DNA of 64,000 bases from the human T2T-CHM13v2.0 reference genome, Homo sapiens, in the NCBI RefSeq assembly GCF_009914755.1, contig NC_060927.1; one strand, given 5' to 3'. The position numbers were made by a program, and so were the translations under genes. The notes under the pieces were generated by a model that saw only the letters and a program-made list of their open reading frames with translations, did no database searches and was not told the origin of the DNA. Below, one piece after another: positions 58,985-64,000 of this stretch. How positions within the stretch are numbered: position 1 is the stretch's first letter; each line of letters begins with the position of its first letter.

Positions 58985-59029
58985 AAAAGTAATGGCAAAA
59001 ACAGCAATTACTTTTGTACCACTCTAATA
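58985..59029. mobile_element. Half MADE1 (Hsmar1 terminal inverted repeat)
   Basis: aaaagtaatggcaaaaacagcaattacttttgtaccactctaata resembles the MADE1 arm. Confidence 0.7.
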
Positions 59030-59359
59030 ATTGCCATAGCAATAACAACTACCACCACTGTTTACTGAGTGCCAACTACGTGTTAGGCACTGTCCTTGGG
59101 AGCTTAGAGATTATGAAATGAGCCAGTCTGTGGAACTCATTTTCTTGTGCCATCCATCTGGATGTTGATGAGTTTCTACCCCAAATCTCCTTTTCATTGT
59201 GCATGATTAATACTGAGCAGTTCTTTCTGACAAAAGCTTGGCAAAAGACTTAGCTACTCCCTGAGGCAATTGATGAAACCTTAGGAAGCCTCCACCATTG
59301 GCATGGGAGGAAGCTTGCCTTCCTGTTTGCTAAAGAGTAACTTCATTCATTCATTTATT

Positions 59360-59810
59360 CCATCACTTTATCGAGGTATCAACATATAATAAATCACATG
59401 CAAGTATACAATTTGGTAAGTTCCAACATATGTATGTACCCATGAAAGCATCAACATAATCAAGATAGCAAATGTACCTATCACCCCCAGAACTCTTGTC
59501 AATCCTTTTGTCGTTCCTCCCTCTCATTTCCCCATCCCCAAGTAACCATTGATCTGCTTTCTGTCACTACAGATTAGTTTGCATTTTCTAGAGTTTTATA
59601 TAAATGAAATCACATAGTGTGTACTATTTTGCCTGGCTTCTTTCATTTGGAATAATGATTCTCAGACTCTGATTCACTTTGCATAGATCAACAGTTCATT
59701 CACTTTTATTGTGAAGTAGTAGTATACTATATAGATATAATACAATATGTTTATCCATGTACCTGTGGATAGACTTTTGAGTTATTTCCAATTTTTGACT
59801 ATGGAAAAGA
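59360..59810 (-). mobile_element. Old L1 3'-end fragment
   Basis: aaccattgatctgctttctgtcactacagattagtttgcattttctagagttttatataaatg. Confidence 0.75.
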
Positions 59811-62276
59811 AAACTAAGAGCAGCCACTTTAAAAACCCCAAATGTTTAAAACATTGTTTCATTTAATTTTCACAACTATGCTGTAGTTAAGTACTGACAT
59901 CCTTGTTTTTCAGAAGATGAGATGAAAGTTTGGGGAGGTGAATTAACTTGGCCAATGTTGGAAAGCAGCACAGCTAAAATTTGAACACAGAGCTAGTTAT
60001 CATCGAAGCTTAGACTCTCAAACACTTATGAGCCCAGAAGGATAGTTACTCAAAAGACAGAAGTTATCGGAGGCCAGCACAAAGCCTGATGTCTGCATGG
60101 GTCTTCCATGAGACACTTTCTACATCTACCTTTGTATGGCTCCAGGCCACCTAAAGCAACATATAAAGACTGGTGTTGGAAAGCTCCAGTTTTTGATTGG
60201 ACCTGGAAAACTGCCATATTGAAATCACACCTATACTAACAGCTTGCACATATGGGTACTTAATAAACAACTGTTGAACGAATAAATGGCTGAATGCACA
60301 AATAAATGCATAAAGGAAGGCACAGGCAGATAAATAGATTGAGGAAGGAAGTTAGTTACTTGCTGATTTGGTGGTGGATTAATCCAATCATCCCATGAAA
60401 TTACTCAAAATATCTCCTGCGTCATAAGGCAGAGGAGATCATCTTGATACTACATTAACTCTCACACCAGGCTACAGTGTAGACTGCCCAGTCAGCAGAA
60501 AGGGTGTGCAGCTGTGAATTTATGCAGGAAGTCTAAGTAAGAGGCCAAGTCCCAAACTTTAGGACCCCAGAGTGAATTTACTGTAAAGGTTGGAGATACC
60601 TGTGTTGAAAGCTAGAACTCCAATGGCAGGTCTCTCATCCTGCATTTGCAAATGAGCCTTGGCCTTTCTAGGCCTCATAATCTGCACGCAAGCCTTGACA
60701 AGTCCCTGCTGGTGGAATCTGGCCATGTTGCTGCTGACTTCATCTGGCAGAGGCCCTGAAGCCTGGGAACCCAGGTTCTAGTCCCAACTCTGACAGCTCC
60801 GTTGAAAACAAGTTTATTAACAGGCAGTTTTAGTGAAAGCTGCACACACAGGCATATTTCCCATTGCCATCTGATGACATCAGTGTATTTCTGGAGCCAA
60901 GATAAATACAGCATTGTTCATGTGACTAGCTTCCCAAGAAGAGTGAGGTGGACTGCTCTGAAGCCTCCTCCTGCCCTGCCCCCTTCTTCCCTCCCTTCCC
61001 AACTCATCTCTCAAACTGCATTGAAAACACCGAGGTGAGTGACAGTGAAGGCTAACTAGGAGATGCAGCTTAGGGGGAATTTAATCCAATTCAGTTGGAG
61101 AGACATGCATCTCCCTGTACCATGAAATTCCATTTTGATCTCAGCATGTGCTGATGGAGTAATGAAATAAAGACAACACTCTGCAAATGGCTGGTGAGTC
61201 TAATGATGGTTTTTATGGGGGTTTTAGAAGGGCTATTAGATTGTGCATTCCTTTCCTATAAGCCAAAACCACCCAGCAGACCTTGGGAGATGAACCATTT
61301 TATCATTCTTCTCTCCCTTCCCCCAGCATCTGCCAGCCTTTGTCCCTCCTGGTATAAATAGCTTCTCACATAAAAGAGCAAACTGTCAGTAGCCTGAAAG
61401 CTAACGGTAAAGCTGGACGCCTGGCACTGTGGCCCCAGCCGGGTGGTGGTGAGTCACAGCTGTATAATTCACGGTCCTGCAGTAAAAGGTATCAGCGCAT
61501 GCTCTAGGTTAACAGGCCAGAAAGGGAGCTGAAGAAACAGGGCCAATGAAAGACTTTTAAAAGCATCTTGAGTTTTCCTTTAACAATCAGCCTTGTATTT
61601 GGGTGATATCCAGGGCATGCCAGTCAAAGGCAAAAAGACAGGAATGGGATTGGGTAGCTTCTGGGGCACACCCTTCATCCGTATCTGCACGCAAATCTGC
61701 TTCAGTGTCTTGGAGATTCAAATAATGATTCTGATGAGGACAGCAGCTACCATTTGCTGAGGACCTATTTGGTGTCTGCTTTCTCCTAGGATCCTTACAA
61801 AGATGAATTCACCTCTTCTCTGTTAGCTACTTTAGACTTGGGCAGAAGCATCCCCATGTTACAGCTAAGAAAACTGATGCTTGAGATGCCCAAGGTTACA
61901 GAGTTAAGTGATGGAGTCTAGATGTGGCCTCATCTATTCCTAGCAATGTGGCTTTTCCATTAGCCAACTGTAATGGCTCTCAAGCTTTGTCATGCATGAG
62001 AAACACCTAAAAGCTTTGTTGAAACAGATTGTTGGGCTCCATCTTCAGAGTTCTGGTTTATTTGGTCTGGGGCAAGTCCCAAGAGTCTACATTTAACAAG
62101 TTCCCAGGTGATACTAGTGCTACTGGTATGGGAACCTCGTTTTGAAAACCACGGGACGAGGCAGACCAAATCTGGGTAATCAAGCCATCATTCCATGTAA
62201 AGTCCCAGCTCAAATGTCACTTCTGCAGAGAGGCTTCTCTTAGCCATCCAATATAAAGTAGATAGATTCTCTAAAT

Positions 62277-62485
62277 CAGGGGTCTGTGTTTCAAATCAGG
62301 CCCCCTTCCTGTTTTTGTAAGTAAAGTTTTATTGTCACATGACCATGCCCATTTGTTCACCTATTGTCCAATGCCTGCTTTCACATTACAACATCAGAGT
62401 TGGGTATTTGCCACTGAGACTGTACAATCCATGAAGCCTATATTTACTATCTAGATCTTTACAGACAAAGCCTGTCAACTCCTTG
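62277..62485. mobile_element. MER58A-like hAT element within an L2 fragment
   Basis: gtttttgtaagtaaagttttattgtcacatgaccatgcccatttgttc...tatttactatctagatctttacag. Confidence 0.7.
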
Positions 62486-64000
62486 CTCTAGATCATATCA
62501 CCCTTTCTTATTGCTTTGTTAATAGACGTCGGTCTCTGAATGTGTCTTGTTATTCAGCTATTAAGTTGTCTGCATCCTTCACTAAACTGTCAGCTCCACA
62601 AAGGCAGAAGTACTTGCTTTTCTATTCACAGCTGTCCCCTAGTGCCTAGGAAAGTACTTGCCATATAGTTGGCACTCAAAAAATATTTGCTGAATGAATG
62701 TCACTATTGAGTGCCCAGGTACGTGACGCTGTCTGTACCAGTAACATGAGAGCCCCTGGAGGAAGTACAGTAAAGCCAGGGTAAGAGAGTGAGAAGAGAT
62801 AAGGATAAACAGAGATTGTCGATAGGGAAACAAATCTTTGAAGCAGGGCCATGCTGCTTCCTGCAGTGGTGGGGAAACTGGAGGTGGGGAAAAGATGAAT
62901 TCCTTAGTCACTAAGGTCAACCTCAGATTAGGAGAAATTTCCCATCCCTAAGAATGAAAGAGACTGTGTGACTCATGCTGTTCCCCTCCTCCAACTCACA
63001 CCAAGTCTGCTTTCTTGGATCTGATTCCCTGAGTGGAGCAATGTGCATGCTCTTCACTGTGCATGAGGAAGGGGTGGAGGAGGAAAAGCCCACACGGGCA
63101 CTAGAGTCAGACAAATGGCTGGTTCAAGTGCTGTCTTTGTCCCTCGCTGACTGCGGCATCTTGGTCAAGTTTCTGATCCTGTGAGCCTCAATGATTTCAA
63201 TGGAGAAATAGAAGATTTTGTACCAAGGATTAAATGGGACTGTTTATTCACGCAAACCCTGTTTATTAAATGGCTAGCATGTGCCCAGCATTATTTTTGG
63301 TACTGAGCATAGAGTGGTGAATAAGACAATGTCCGTCTCTAACAGACTCACATTTTGGAAGGTAGTATGGACATAAATAAATGTAAGTAGAGTACTAGCT
63401 ATGAATTTAACATATGGAAGATGTCACCTCTGTAGTCAAATGGGGGCTCTCTGTTGCCCTATGTGCACCTGGGGCAGAAACATCAAGGGGATGGATGATT
63501 AAGTGCCTCCAATTTTCCAGGGGCAAGCAAGGTAGTTGGACTGTCCTGCCTTCATGTCCAGGGATGTCTTGGCAAGCACCGAGCACTGCATGGGCTCCAT
63601 TCGTGTCTCCCCAGTCTGCCAACACTCTCCCCAAATTCTTTGTGCACAAAGTTGGTACTGATTTTATTTCACTTCTGAGTTTCACTCAAATGAATACGTT
63701 AACTTCTGTAACAAATGAGATCTCTGCATAGTAGGCTTCTTCAGTAACAGCTCAAATACTGCCTCCCCAGAGACGCCGGACCTGACCCATCGGGCTAAAT
63801 TAGCCAATCCCCCCAGCACCCTGCTCCACATCAATGATCTCTGAAGCTGTTTTTTTGTTTTGTTTTGTTTTGTTTTTATAGGATACATTAAGTGAGAAGC
63901 AACTTGTAAAGCACCCAGGAAAATATCTGACACATGTAAGAGTTTTCTAAATATTTACAATCCTATTCTTAACATCACTATGTTTTTTTAAAAAAAAATC

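Overview
Primate (very likely human) genomic DNA lying entirely inside PRICKLE2, a planar-cell-polarity PET/LIM gene on the minus strand. Five internal coding exons can be delimited from their splice sites (36624-36737, 33558-33695, 30780-30983, 26797-26983, 20444-21316). They join in frame (1516 nt) and encode most of the PET domain, three LIM domains and the Ser/Glu-rich middle region; the start and last coding exons are outside the window. The rest is intronic: many Alus, L1/L2/MIR fragments, MaLR LTRs, DNA-transposon relics, microsatellites, and a full-length PRDX3 processed pseudogene (+ strand) inserted into a MIR. Most interesting: (1) an ungapped copy of the 3' end and donor of the 138-nt exon 732 nt downstream, which could act as an in-frame 48-nt cassette adding a second CxxC at the start of LIM1; (2) an intronic RFX X-box/forkhead/TATA cluster; (3) an ultra-truncated Alu insertion with a perfect TSD; (4) a 48-bp-arm inverted duplication inside a MER3-like element. 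Repeat subfamily calls are by eye, and most ORF-track entries are incidental.
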